Source: Auanema rhodensis
Taxonomy: Eukaryota; Animalia; Nematoda
Direction of reading: 5' to 3'
DNA length: 64,000 nt
NCBI GenBank assembly: GCA_964057225.1
Contig: OZ059899.1
Coordinates: 15,934,001-15,998,000, forward strand
The translations under genes and the position numbers were made by a program. Positions 51,907-60,939 of the stretch are shown here, piece after piece. A model generated the notes under the pieces. It saw only the letters and a program-made list of their open reading frames with translations, searched no databases and had not been told where the DNA came from. Every line of letters begins with the position of its first letter. Position 1 is the first letter of the stretch.

Positions 51907-54900
51907 TCATCGTCTTCTTCTTGGTGGTAGCCAATTTTGGTCCGATGGGTCTTCTGGTTCTGTTTCTTCACTAGAGTCATAGTTATCGTTACCATTTATG
52001 ACTTTTATGATCTCAATATCGCTGTCGTCGTCCGTGTCATAAGTCGTTGTATTTGATCGCGTGTTTTGAGCGATTGTATGCTCCATTTTGCGTTCAAAAA
52101 GTTTGAGATTGTCTTTGTGTACGTCTTGAATTTTTCCAAATGGATTCTTGAGTTGTACCACCATGTTTCCTTCAACGTTGATGACTTCAAATGGTCCATC
52201 ATATGATTTGCGAAGCTTTTGACCTGGTTTATGCGCTTTAATTGCTAACATAACTTGGTCTCCTTTTCGGATATCTCTTTCTTCTATTCGTTGTCGTCCA
52301 TCATGTTTTCTCTTCGCGGTTTCTTGATGTTTTGCAAGATTTTCTTGAATGATGGTTCTTCTTTCTCCTCTGATATATTCGGTATTCTCAATTTCTTCCA
52401 AGATCTCTGGTTGTAATGTCTCGGGGAATAATTCTTTGTCTAATCTCATACGACTTTCTTTTCCGAATAATGCTATGTATGGAGAGATTCCTGTGGTTGC
52501 GTGTGTTATTGTATTTAACGCAAAAGTAATTTTTGGTAAATACATGTCCCAATCAGTTACGTCTTCGTTGAGATAGTGTGTTAATCCTTCTTCTAGCGTT
52601 CTGTGTAGTCTTTCGACTTGTCCATTAGAGTTTTTCTGATGAGGGAGTGTTGGCTCGTGTTTAATGCCAAGTTTTTCACACATTTCTTCAAATTTCTTTG
52701 ATACAAAATTAGATCCACGATCGGTTATTAAACGATTTGGTGGTCCAAAAATATATACGAAATTCCTGAGGAATCTATCAATGATGACATCGGTGACAAT
52801 TGTTGGTATAGCGATGGTTGTCGCCCATTTGGAGAATGAATCTTGTATTGTTAGGACATAATTGTTGTTTCTTTTTGAAGTAGGGAATGGTCCCATAATA
52901 TCCATATGTATTCTCTCAAATGGTTTTGATGGTATTTCAAATTGACCCATAGGCTGAACGGTCATAGCGTGAGGATCTTTCTTCCTTTGTGCGCATTTAA
53001 CGCATTGTTTCACAAAAATTGCTATGTCCGTTTGCATATTTGTCCAGCAAAATCTTCGTAGTATGGCTTCTTTAGTTTTGTTAATTCCTTGATGTGCTCC
53101 AATTGCTGGGTCTTCGTGAAATTCTTCGATAACCTTGTTGATAAGCTTGCTTTCCCTTGGTAAGATCAAAGCTGGGTGTGGTCCAATTGGTATTCCAAAA
53201 TTATTCTTGATGTCATAGAACAATTTATCCGTATCAAGTACAAACATTCGTGAAGATGGAAGGTTTATAAATTTTATGTCATCAATATCAGCTGCTGTTT
53301 TATTTCTTCTAAGCGTAACGAGAGTTTTTAGCTCATGTACAAGGTCAATTGTATCTTTTATAAATTTGCTGTTTCTTTCTTCTTGATCAGTTAATAATTG
53401 TTTCCTTATTGGTGGCATTTTTACGAATGCTTTTAATATTTCTTGTCTTGATGGAACTGTTAATTTGTCTTCAATTATAACTGGTGTATTGGCTAAATCA
53501 AGAGCAATAGTTTCAGCACGCTCTCGATAAGTGCCTTCTTTTGTACGAATTAACCGATCAAATTCAATAACGGTCAAACGATCTGATATTTGTTGAAGAA
53601 GTTGCCTGGATGTTAAATAAGATATTCCAGCTTTAGTAGCTAAAGCTAATTCTCTTTGAGCAACATATTGTAAAATGGCTTCGTCTTTATCACGGAAATC
53701 ATATTGTTTGAGAAAATGTCTTAAAGATTTCTCATAAATTTGAATTTTAAAGAAAAATTCAAAATTTTCACGATGGGCTATTATCCATTCTTTCAAGGAA
53801 TATGTAGGGTCTACCATACGTCTTCCTTTAATTAGAGGAATAATTTGTGTAATTCCTGGATTACTCATAAGTGGTCTTAAAAATGGATATGGGCAAATTC
53901 GAAGCGTGTACGTTTCAAAATCTTCAACTTCATTTATTCTATCCTGATCGAATGGGAATGAGCATTTTGTAGAAGTTGCGCGTTTAGGTCTTTTGAACGG
54001 CAATTTCTTAAATTCTCGTTCAATTAGGAGTGTGATATTGATATCATTAGGATATTTGGGGAATGTTATATAATTTCCTGATGTTGTGTGGAATGCTGGT
54101 TGTCTAAAGCAGGATGCAATTGGTTTTGGTGTTATTTTACTCGAAAGGATAAGCGCTGATTGTGTACTTGGAATCAAAATAGTTTCTTTGCTTATTATAG
54201 CATCGTAGTAATGCATATCGATATAATTACAACGGGAATCCGATGTTTGGGGATCCCATATAATTATTGATGTATTTGATTTGCAATTACCATGATGAGC
54301 ACTACAACCTTCAGTGTTTAGTATTAAATTGGATAATATTGTATCATCGGGCATGCGGGTCATGACTCCGCGCTCTAGTACTAAACGCGGCCGCTCCTCG
54401 CACTCGTCGCGGCTAAACGAGCGCGCCGGATCATAGGAGGGCTCTGGTGTTGCTTGTGCTATACTATCGATTCTCTCCAGCTCCATGTTATTCCATTTGC
54501 GATCGCGAATCGCCTGCCTGCACTCGTGCGCCGCTATAGGCTGCACCCTATCGATTGTTCTGTTTGTGTCGCGGAGGAATAACAAATCGCGTACACACAG
54601 CTTGTGTACTTCCTTCGAGCAGCGCCACGCGTCCCACTCGTGTGCCGTGTGGTTTCGCGTGTATAGATGGATTTGTGTACGTAGCACATGATTTGTTTCT
54701 GTTAATTTACATTTCTTTACTACTGGTGGAACTAATAAGGCTCCTCCAGTTGCTTTTGTGCAAATTTGATATGAAGTTACACATGGCAGGAGAATTGCTA
54801 CTGTGATTTCCATTACAACCGTTAGTGATAACGGTGAAAGGGTCACAGAGTTAATTCGTGGTGTGCTTCTATCACGTCCTCTTGATTGATCTCTTTGATT

Positions 54901-55446
54901 GTTAAAATGGACTCTTCTTTGTCCGTTATGTTCATTAGTCCTTCCTCTTCTATTATTGTTTGAAGGATTAAAATTGTTTGAATGCCAGTTGTTATTAAAT
55001 CGTCCCGAATTTCGTTCATAATTATTGTTACGGCGATAATTAGCAAAAGAGCCGTTACGATTTTGGTTGTTATTATATTTTGAAAAGTTTTTATTTTTCT
55101 GATAATTTTGATAATTATGATAATTTTTATTGTTTTGGTTATCACGTGGATAATTACGGTCGAAATTTCGGTTATCTCGTCTCTCGTTTGTGCGCGCGAA
55201 AGGAGCTAGTGCTTTGTTTACAGCGTTGACTAGCATGGACTGCGTGTCTATTGTCTGGTTCATTATCGATTCTTCCCAGCGAGCGGCCTCAATCGCATCC
55301 GTGAAGGATTTTGGCTTCGCTCGAATCACAGCTGGTTTCAGAGTATTTTTTAGTCCTCTGAGGAAAGTTGATCTTAATATGTGATCTTTGTGAGGGTCAT
55401 CCGTGGCAAAAGCGCTTAGTGCAATCGTTCTCAGTGAGCGTAAGCG
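51907..55446 (-). CDS. Gypsy-type polyprotein: Gag C-terminus, Asn-rich linker, env-like Cys-rich domain, integrase
   Basis: Frame is open from 55446 (track start 55329 is a GTG). FLRGL...PKSFTDAIEAA (capsid C-terminus); integrase FHEDPAIGAHQG/CVKC, IHMDIMGP, LITDRGSNF, NGQVER, YDGPFEV. No DxG protease motif in context, YxDD or RNase H motifs recognised. Confidence 0.88.
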   Translation of the reverse strand, partial: RLRSLRTIALSAFATDDPHKDHILRSTFLRGLKNTLKPAVIRAKPKSFTDAIEAARWEESIMNQTIDTQSMLVNAVNKALAPFARTNERRDNRNFDRNYPRDNQNNKNYHNYQNYQKNKNFSKYNNNQNRNGSFANYRRNNNYERNSGRFNNNWHSNNFNPSNNNRRGRTNEHNGQRRVHFNNQRDQSRGRDRSTPRINSVTLSPLSLTVVMEITVAILLPCVTSYQICTKATGGALLVPPVVKKCKLTETNHVLRTQIHLYTRNHTAHEWDAWRCSKEVHKLCVRDLLFLRDTNRTIDRVQPIAAHECRQAIRDRKWNNMELERIDSIAQATPEPSYDPARSFSRDECEERPRLVLERGVMTRMPDDTILSNLILNTEGCSAHHGNCKSNTSIIIWDPQTSDSRCNYIDMHYYDAIISKETILIPSTQSALILSSKITPKPIASCFRQPAFHTTSGNYITFPKYPNDINITLLIEREFKKLPFKRPKRATSTKCSFPFDQDRINEVEDFETYTLRICPYPFLRPLMSNPGITQIIPLIKGRRMVDPTYSLKEWIIAHRENFEFFFKIQIYEKSLRHFLKQYDFRDKDEAILQYVAQRELALATKAGISYLTSRQLLQQISDRLTVIEFDRLIRTKEGTYRERAETIALDLANTPVIIEDKLTVPSRQEILKAFVKMPPIRKQLLTDQEERNSKFIKDTIDLVHELKTLVTLRRNKTAADIDDIKFINLPSSRMFVLDTDKLFYDIKNNFGIPIGPHPALILPRESKLINKVIEEFHEDPAIGAHQGINKTKEAILRRFCWTNMQTDIAIFVKQCVKCAQRKKDPHAMTVQPMGQFEIPSKPFERIHMDIMGPFPTSKRNNNYVLTIQDSFSKWATTIAIPTIVTDVIIDRFLRNFVYIFGPPNRLITDRGSNFVSKKFEEMCEKLGIKHEPTLPHQKNSNGQVERLHRTLEEGLTHYLNEDVTDWDMYLPKITFALNTITHATTGISPYIALFGKESRMRLDKELFPETLQPEILEEIENTEYIRGERRTIIQENLAKHQETAKRKHDGRQRIEERDIRKGDQVMLAIKAHKPGQKLRKSYDGPFEVINVEGNMVVQLKNPFGKIQDVHKDNLKLFERKMEHTIAQNTRSNTTTYDTDDDSDIEIIKVINGNDNYDSSEETEPEDPSDQNWLPPRRRR

Positions 55447-55958
55447 TCAATTGTCAGATCCCCTTGGGTTGTATTTTGGAGATTGATCAGCGCGGGGTCC
55501 TGATTATATTCAGGACAAAGCTTAGATGTTAAAGCTCTTAACAGGTCATTCCATGAACCGGTGGTTTTTAATTGTTCAGGTACTTGCCTGTACGCTTCTT
55601 CCGCTGCTTCGTTTTTAAGAAGCAAAGGTAGAAGGGCTAATCTCTCCGGGATTACCAGACCTACAGCGTTGGCAAATAGGTTGAATTTAGCCGTGAAATC
55701 TCGAAAGTTGCGACTGCCATCATAAGTTGGGCAGTAGGGTGATAACAAGGCTTGCGCTATGGTAGTTTTCAATGCTTCGAGTTCGGGTAACAGAGTATTC
55801 GATGTTAACAGCAAGGATATAAAAATTGTTGGGTTCAGACAGACAGAAAATTGTGAACAAACGGGAAAATATAACTTCAGTTTCAAAAAATATAAAATAT
55901 CCATCTCCAAAAGGAGTGGTCCTTGCATCTGTTCCCTTTTAAACGTTGTTGGCCCCAC
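55431..55958 (-). pseudogene. gag: Gag N-terminal half of gypsy-type element, frameshifted from the main ORF
   Basis: PTYDGSRNFRDF...SWNDLLRAL...QGDLTIDAYA resembles retrotransposon capsid and major homology region; continues as LRTIALSAF in another frame at ~55434. Confidence 0.8.
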
Positions 55959-56079
55959 CGTATTGTGTTAAGACATGGAGTAGATGGTTTAGAGATATAA
56001 GAGAATTCAGATTCAATGAAATATTGAAAATAACGAAATATAAGAGAAAATAGTCAAGAAATCAAGATAAAATGTTCGA

Positions 56080-56092
56080 GGTGGAACCTCCA
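56080..56092 (-). promoter_or_regulatory. Primer-binding site complementary to tRNA-Gln 3' end
   Basis: Minus strand TGGAGGTTCCACC directly follows the 5' LTR; complement of the ...GGTGGAACCT-CCA end of metazoan tRNA-Gln. Confidence 0.85.
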
Positions 56093-56429
56093 CGTTCCGT
56101 TATGCTCTCACATCGATCCTATAGACCAATAAAGCCTACAAGATGAGTGTGATAGTATTCCAGATGTAGCGGTAGATAAAGAGCATAATGGATAAACATA
56201 AGACTCGAGAAAGAAAGGTTTATTATGTCTACATGATTACAATAAGTTATATAAGTTTACATAAAGATATAAAGTGAAAGAGAGCTAAGAAAGGAAGACC
56301 AACCATCCATAGTCATTCCATAAGGCAAAGCTGAAGTCTGTGTTCCATATGAAGGGCGTGTCGTCCTCTCTCAGCCTCATGTCGTCTGATTCTAACCCGC
56401 CTGCTACGTATTGATTTTCGAATGGAACG
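56093..56429 (-). repeat. 5' LTR of gypsy-type element (337 bp)
   Basis: Direct repeat of 50875-51211; adjacent to the PBS. Confidence 0.95.
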
Positions 56430-56482
56430 CTTCGCATTAGGGTAAAAACAATTTTAGCTACGTTGGAATGTCAAAAAATATC

Positions 56483-56564
56483 TGATGAGAGTGGGATTCG
56501 AACCAACGCCTCCGAAGAGACTGGTGCTTAAAACCAGCGCCTTAGACCGCTCGGCCATCTCACC
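56483..56564 (-). tRNA. tRNA-Leu(TAA) variant on the AAG/TAG body
   Basis: Anticodon arm CTGGT-TT-TAA-GC-ACCAG; also one T-stem mismatch. Confidence 0.75.
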
Positions 56565-56659
56565 TTGATGTGGCATTTTCAGTCGTATGTTATATTTCAA
56601 TTTGATCTTCGCATTAGGGTAAAAACAATTTTAGCTACGTTGGAATGTCAAAAAATATC

Positions 56660-56741
56660 TGATGAGAGTGGGATTCGAACCCACGCCTCCGAAGAGACTG
56701 GTGCCTTAAACCAGCGCCTTAGACCGCTCGGCCATCTCACC
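56660..56741 (-). tRNA. tRNA-Leu(AAG)
   Basis: Consensus copy. Confidence 0.95.
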
Positions 56742-56836
56742 TTGATGTGACTATTTCGGTCGTATGTTATATTTGAATTTGATCATAGCAGTAGGGTAAA
56801 AACAATTTTAGCAACGTTGGAATGTCAAAAAATATC

Positions 56837-56918
56837 TGATGAGAGTGGGATTCAAACCCACGCCTCCGAAGAGACTGGTGCCTAAAACCAGCGCCTTAGA
56901 CCGCTCGGCCATCTCACC
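56837..56918 (-). tRNA. tRNA-Leu(TAG), T-loop/B-box substitution
   Basis: Loop TT-TAG-GC; TTCGAA changed to TTTGAA. Confidence 0.72.
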
Positions 56919-57013
56919 TTGATGTGGCATTTTCAGTCGTATGTTATATTTCAATTTGATCTTCGCATTAGGGTAAAAACAATTTTAGCTACGTTGGAAT
57001 GTCAAAAAATATC

Positions 57014-57095
57014 TGATGAGAGTGGGATTCGAACCCACGCCTCCGAAGAGACTGGTGCCTTAAACCAGCGCCTTAGACCGCTCGGCCATCTCACC
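57014..57095 (-). tRNA. tRNA-Leu(AAG)
   Basis: Consensus copy. Confidence 0.95.
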
Positions 57096-57190
57096 TTGAT
57101 GTGACTATTTCGGTCGTATGTTATATTTGAATTTGATCATAGCAGTAGGGTAAAAACAATTTTAGCAACGTTGGAATGTCAAAAAATATC

Positions 57191-57272
57191 TGATGAGAGT
57201 GGGATTCGAACCCACGCCTCCGAAGAGACTGGTGCCTAAAACCAGCGCCTTAGACCGCTCGGGCTTCTCACC
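57191..57272 (-). tRNA. tRNA-Leu(TAG), A-box/D-stem substitutions
   Basis: Loop TT-TAG-GC; two 5' substitutions. Confidence 0.7.
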
Positions 57273-57367
57273 TTGATGTGGCATTTTCAGTCGTATGTTA
57301 TATTCGAATTTGATCATAGCAGTAGGGTAAAAACAATATTAGCAACGTTGAAATGTCAAAAAATATC

Positions 57368-57449
57368 TGATGAGAGTGGGATTCGAACCCACGCCTCCGA
57401 AGAGACTGGTGCCTTAAACCAGCGCCTTAGACCGCTCGGCCATCTCACC
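57368..57449 (-). tRNA. tRNA-Leu(AAG)
   Basis: Consensus copy. Confidence 0.95.
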
Positions 57450-57544
57450 TTGATGTGACTATTTCAGTCGTATGTTATATTCGAATTTGATCATCGCAGT
57501 AGGGTAAAAACAATTTTAGCTACGTTGGAATGTCAAAAAATATC

Positions 57545-57626
57545 TGATGAGAGTGGGATTCGAACCCACGCCTCCGAAGAGACTGGTGCCTTAAACCAGC
57601 GCCTTAGACCGCTCGGGCATCTCACC
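57545..57626 (-). tRNA. tRNA-Leu(AAG), D-stem substitution
   Basis: Array copy; G10 changed. Confidence 0.8.
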
Positions 57627-57721
57627 ATGATGTGACTATTTCAGTCGTATGTTATATTTGAATTTGATCAAAGCAGTAGGGTAAAAACAATTTTAGCAAC
57701 GTTGGAATGTCAAAAATAATC

Positions 57722-57803
57722 TGATGAGAGTGGGATTCGAACCCACGCCTCCGAAGAGACTGGTGCCTTAAACCAGCGCCTTAGACCGCTCGGCCATCTC
57801 ACC
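57722..57803 (-). tRNA. tRNA-Leu(AAG)
   Basis: Consensus copy. Confidence 0.95.
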
Positions 57804-57898
57804 TTGATGTGGCATATTCGGTCGTATGTTATATTTGAATTTGATCATAGCAGTAGGGTAAAAACAATTTTAGCTTCGTTGGAATGTCAAAAAATATC

Positions 57899-57980
57899 TG
57901 ATGAGAGTGGGATTCGAACCAACGCCTCCGAAGAGACTGGTGCCTAAAACCAGCGCCTTAGACCGCTCGGCCATCTCACC
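57899..57980 (-). tRNA. tRNA-Leu(TAG), T-stem substitution
   Basis: Loop TT-TAG-GC; one T-stem mismatch. Confidence 0.82.
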
Positions 57981-58075
57981 TTGATGTGGCATTTTCAGTC
58001 GTATGTTATATTTCAATTTGATCTTCGCAGTAGGATAAAAACAATTTTAGCTTCGTTGGAATGTCAAAAAATATC

Positions 58076-58157
58076 TGATGAGAGTGGGATTCGAACCCAC
58101 GCCTCCGAAGAGACTGGTGCCTTAAACCAGCGCCTTAGACCGCTCGGCCATCTCACC
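58076..58157 (-). tRNA. tRNA-Leu(AAG)
   Basis: Consensus copy. Confidence 0.95.
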
Positions 58158-58252
58158 TTGATGTGGCATATTCGGTCGTATGTTATATTTGAATTTGATC
58201 ATAGCAGTAGGGTAAAAACAATTTTAGCTACGTTGGAATGTCAAAAAATATC

Positions 58253-58334
58253 TGATGAGAGTGGGATTCGAACCAACGCCTCCGAAGAGACTGGTGCCTA
58301 AAACCAGCGCCTTAGACCGCTCGGCCATCTCACC
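58253..58334 (-). tRNA. tRNA-Leu(TAG), T-stem substitution
   Basis: Same variant as 57899. Confidence 0.82.
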
Positions 58335-58429
58335 TTGATGTGGCATTTTCAGTCGTATGTTATATTCCAATTTGATCTTCGCATTAGGGTAAAAACAATT
58401 TTAGCTACGTTGGAATGTCAAAAAATATC

Positions 58430-58511
58430 TGAAGAGAGTGGGATTCGAACCCACGCCTCCGAAGAGACTGGTGCCTTAAACCAGCGCCTTAGACCGCTCG
58501 GCCATCTCACC
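58430..58511 (-). tRNA. tRNA-Leu(AAG), acceptor-stem substitution
   Basis: Array copy; one acceptor mismatch. Confidence 0.82.
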
Positions 58512-58606
58512 TTGATGTGGCATTTTCAGTCGTATGTTATATTTGAATTTGATCATAGCAGTAGGGTAAAAAGAATTTTAGCAACGTTGGAATGTCAAAA
58601 AATATC

Positions 58607-58688
58607 TGATGAGAGTGGGATTCGAACCCACGCCTCCGAAGAGACTGGTGCCTAAAACCAGCGCCTTAGACCGCTCGGCCATCTCACC
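58607..58688 (-). tRNA. tRNA-Leu(TAG)
   Basis: Consensus body, TAG anticodon. Confidence 0.94.
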
Positions 58689-58783
58689 TTGATGTGGCAT
58701 TTTCAGTCGTATGTTATATTTGAATTTGATCATAGCAGTAGGGTAAAAAGAATTTTAGCAACGTTGGAATGTCAAAAAATATC

Positions 58784-58865
58784 TGATGAGAGTGGGATTC
58801 GAACCCACGCCTCCGAAGAGACTGGTGCCTAAAACCAGCGCCTTAGACCGCTCGGCCATCTCACC
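58784..58865 (-). tRNA. tRNA-Leu(TAG)
   Basis: Consensus body, TAG anticodon. Confidence 0.94.
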
Positions 58866-58960
58866 TTGATGTGACTATTTCGGTCGTATGTTATATTTGA
58901 ATTTGATCATAGCAGTAGGGTAAAAACAATTTTAGCAACGTTGGAATGTCAAAAAATATC

Positions 58961-59042
58961 TGATGAGAGTGGGATTCGAACCCACGCCTCCGAAGAGACT
59001 GGTGCCTTAAACCAGCGCCTTAGACCGCTCGGCCATCTCACC
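58961..59042 (-). tRNA. tRNA-Leu(AAG)
   Basis: Consensus copy. Confidence 0.95.
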
Positions 59043-59137
59043 TTGATGTGACTATTTCGGTCGTATGTTATATTTGAATTTGATCATAGCAGTAGGGTAA
59101 AAAGAATTTTAGCAACGTTGGAATGTCAAAAAATATC

Positions 59138-59219
59138 TGATGAGAGTGGGATTCGAACCCACGCCTCCGAAGAGACTGGTGCCTAAAACCAGCGCCTTAG
59201 ACCGCTCGGCCATCTCACC
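59138..59219 (-). tRNA. tRNA-Leu(TAG)
   Basis: Consensus body, TAG anticodon. Confidence 0.94.
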
Positions 59220-59314
59220 TTGATGTGACTATTTCGGTCGTATGTTATATTTGAATTTGATCATAGCAGTAGGGTAAAAACAATTTTAGCTACGTTGGAA
59301 TGTCAAAAAATATC

Positions 59315-59396
59315 TGATGAGAGTGGGATTCGAACCCACGCCTCCGAAGAGACTGGTGCCTTAAACCAGCGCCTTAGACCGCTCGGCCATCTCACC
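59315..59396 (-). tRNA. tRNA-Leu(AAG)
   Basis: Consensus copy. Confidence 0.95.
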
Positions 59397-59491
59397 ATGA
59401 TGTGACTATTTCAGTCGTATGTTATATTCGAATTTGATCATCGTAGTAGGGTAAAAACAATTTTAGCTACGTTGGAATGTCAAAAAATATC

Positions 59492-59573
59492 TGATGAGAG
59501 TGGGATTCGAACCCACGCCTCCGAAGAGACTGGTGCCTAAAACCAGCGCCTTAGACCGCTCGGCCATCTCACC
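59492..59573 (-). tRNA. tRNA-Leu(TAG)
   Basis: Consensus body, TAG anticodon. Confidence 0.94.
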
Positions 59574-59668
59574 TTGATGTGACTATTTCGGTCGTATGTT
59601 ATATTTCAATTTGATCATCGCAATAGGGTAAAAACAATTTTAGCTACGTTGGAATGTCAAAAAATATC

Positions 59669-59750
59669 TGATGAGAGTGGGATTCGAACCCACGCCTCCG
59701 AAGAGACTGGTGCCTAAAACCAGCGCCTTAGACCGCTCGGCCATCTCACC
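59669..59750 (-). tRNA. tRNA-Leu(TAG)
   Basis: Consensus body, TAG anticodon. Confidence 0.94.
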
Positions 59751-59845
59751 TTGATGTGGCATTTTCAGTCGTATGTTATATTTCAATTTGATCATCGCAG
59801 TAGAGTAAAAACAATTTTAGCTACGTTGGAATGTCAAAAAATATC

Positions 59846-59927
59846 TGATGAGAGTGGGATTCGAACCCACGCCTCCGAAGAGACTGGTGCCTTAAACCAG
59901 CGCCTTAGACCGCTCGGCCATCTCACC
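59846..59927 (-). tRNA. tRNA-Leu(AAG)
   Basis: Consensus copy. Confidence 0.95.
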
Positions 59928-60022
59928 TTGATGTGACTATTTCAGTCGTATGTTATATTTCAATTTGATCATCGCAATAGGGTAAAAACAATTTTAGCTA
60001 CGTTGGAATGTCAAAAAACATC

Positions 60023-60104
60023 TGATGAGAGTGGGATTCGAACCCACGCCTCCGAAGAGACTGGTGCCTTAAACCAGCGCCTTAGACCGCTCGGCCATCT
60101 CACC
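60023..60104 (-). tRNA. tRNA-Leu(AAG)
   Basis: Consensus copy. Confidence 0.95.
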
Positions 60105-60199
60105 TTGATGTGACTATTTCGGTCGTATGTTATATTTGAATTTGATCATAGCAGTAGGGTAAAAAGAATTTTAGCAACGTTGGAATGTCAAAAAATATC

Positions 60200-60281
60200 T
60201 GATGAGAGTGGGATTCGAACCCACGCCTCCGAAGAGACTGGTGCCTAAAACCAGCGCCTTAGACCGCTCGGCCATCTCACC
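60200..60281 (-). tRNA. tRNA-Leu(TAG)
   Basis: Consensus body, TAG anticodon. Confidence 0.94.
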
Positions 60282-60376
60282 TTGATGTGACTATTTCGGT
60301 CGTATGTTATATTTGAATTTGATCATAGCAGTAGGGTAAAAACAATTTTAGCAACGTTGGAATGTCAAAAAATATC

Positions 60377-60458
60377 TGATGAGAGTGGGATTCGAACCCA
60401 CGCCTCCGAAGAGACTGGTGCCTAAAACCAGCGCCTTAGACCGCTCGGCCATCTCACC
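60377..60458 (-). tRNA. tRNA-Leu(TAG)
   Basis: Consensus body, TAG anticodon. Confidence 0.94.
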
Positions 60459-60553
60459 TTGATGTGACTATTTCGGTCGTATGTTATATTTGAATTTGAT
60501 CATAGCAGTAGGGTAAAAACAATTTTAGCAACGTTGGAATGTCAAAAAATATC

Positions 60554-60635
60554 TGATGAGAGTGGGATTCGAACCCACGCCTCCGAAGAGACTGGTGCCT
60601 TAAACCAGCGCCTTAGACCGCTCGGCCATCTCACC
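60554..60635 (-). tRNA. tRNA-Leu(AAG)
   Basis: Consensus copy. Confidence 0.95.
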
Positions 60636-60730
60636 ATGATGTGACTATTTCAGTCGTATGTTATATTCGAATTTGATCATCGTAGTAGGGTAAAAACAAT
60701 TTTAGCTACGTTGGAATGTCAAAAAATATC

Positions 60731-60812
60731 TGATGAGAGTGGGATTCGAACCCACGCCTCCGAAGAGACTGGTGCCTAAAACCAGCGCCTTAGACCGCTC
60801 GGGCATCTCACC
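60731..60812 (-). tRNA. tRNA-Leu(TAG), D-stem substitution
   Basis: TAG anticodon; G10 changed. Confidence 0.8.
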
Positions 60813-60907
60813 ATGATGTGACTATTTCAGTCGTATGTTATATTTGAATTTGATCAAAGCAGTAGGGTAAAAACAATTTTAGCAAAGTTGGAATGTCAAA
60901 AAATATC

Positions 60908-60939
60908 TCATAAGAGTGGGATTCGAACCCACGCCTCCG
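60908..60939 (-). pseudogene. Truncated tRNA-Leu (3' portion only) at the MULE junction
   Basis: Only the T arm and a degenerate acceptor strand remain. Confidence 0.82.

Larger units (their letters stand above)
50875..56429 (-). mobile_element. Ty3/gypsy-type LTR element, 5555 bp, non-autonomous (Gag + env-like + integrase; no PR/RT/RNase H)
   Basis: 337-bp direct repeats at both ends, 4-bp TSD CTTC (50871-50874 and 56430-56433), tRNA-Gln PBS, gypsy-type integrase. Confidence 0.93.
56430..60939 (-). repeat. 177-bp tRNA-Leu tandem array, block 2 (25 full copies + 1 partial)
   Basis: Strict 177-bp period; each unit has a minus-strand T5-6 Pol III terminator just after the tRNA and an A/T-rich TATA-like element ~30 nt upstream. 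Confidence 0.98.

Noticed and set aside
51705-52202. Small ORFs overlapping the integrase end, considered as a possible downstream env
   Set aside because: Short, out of frame, with no signal peptide, Cys pattern or TM; 51212-51906 looks like an AT-rich 3' UTR.
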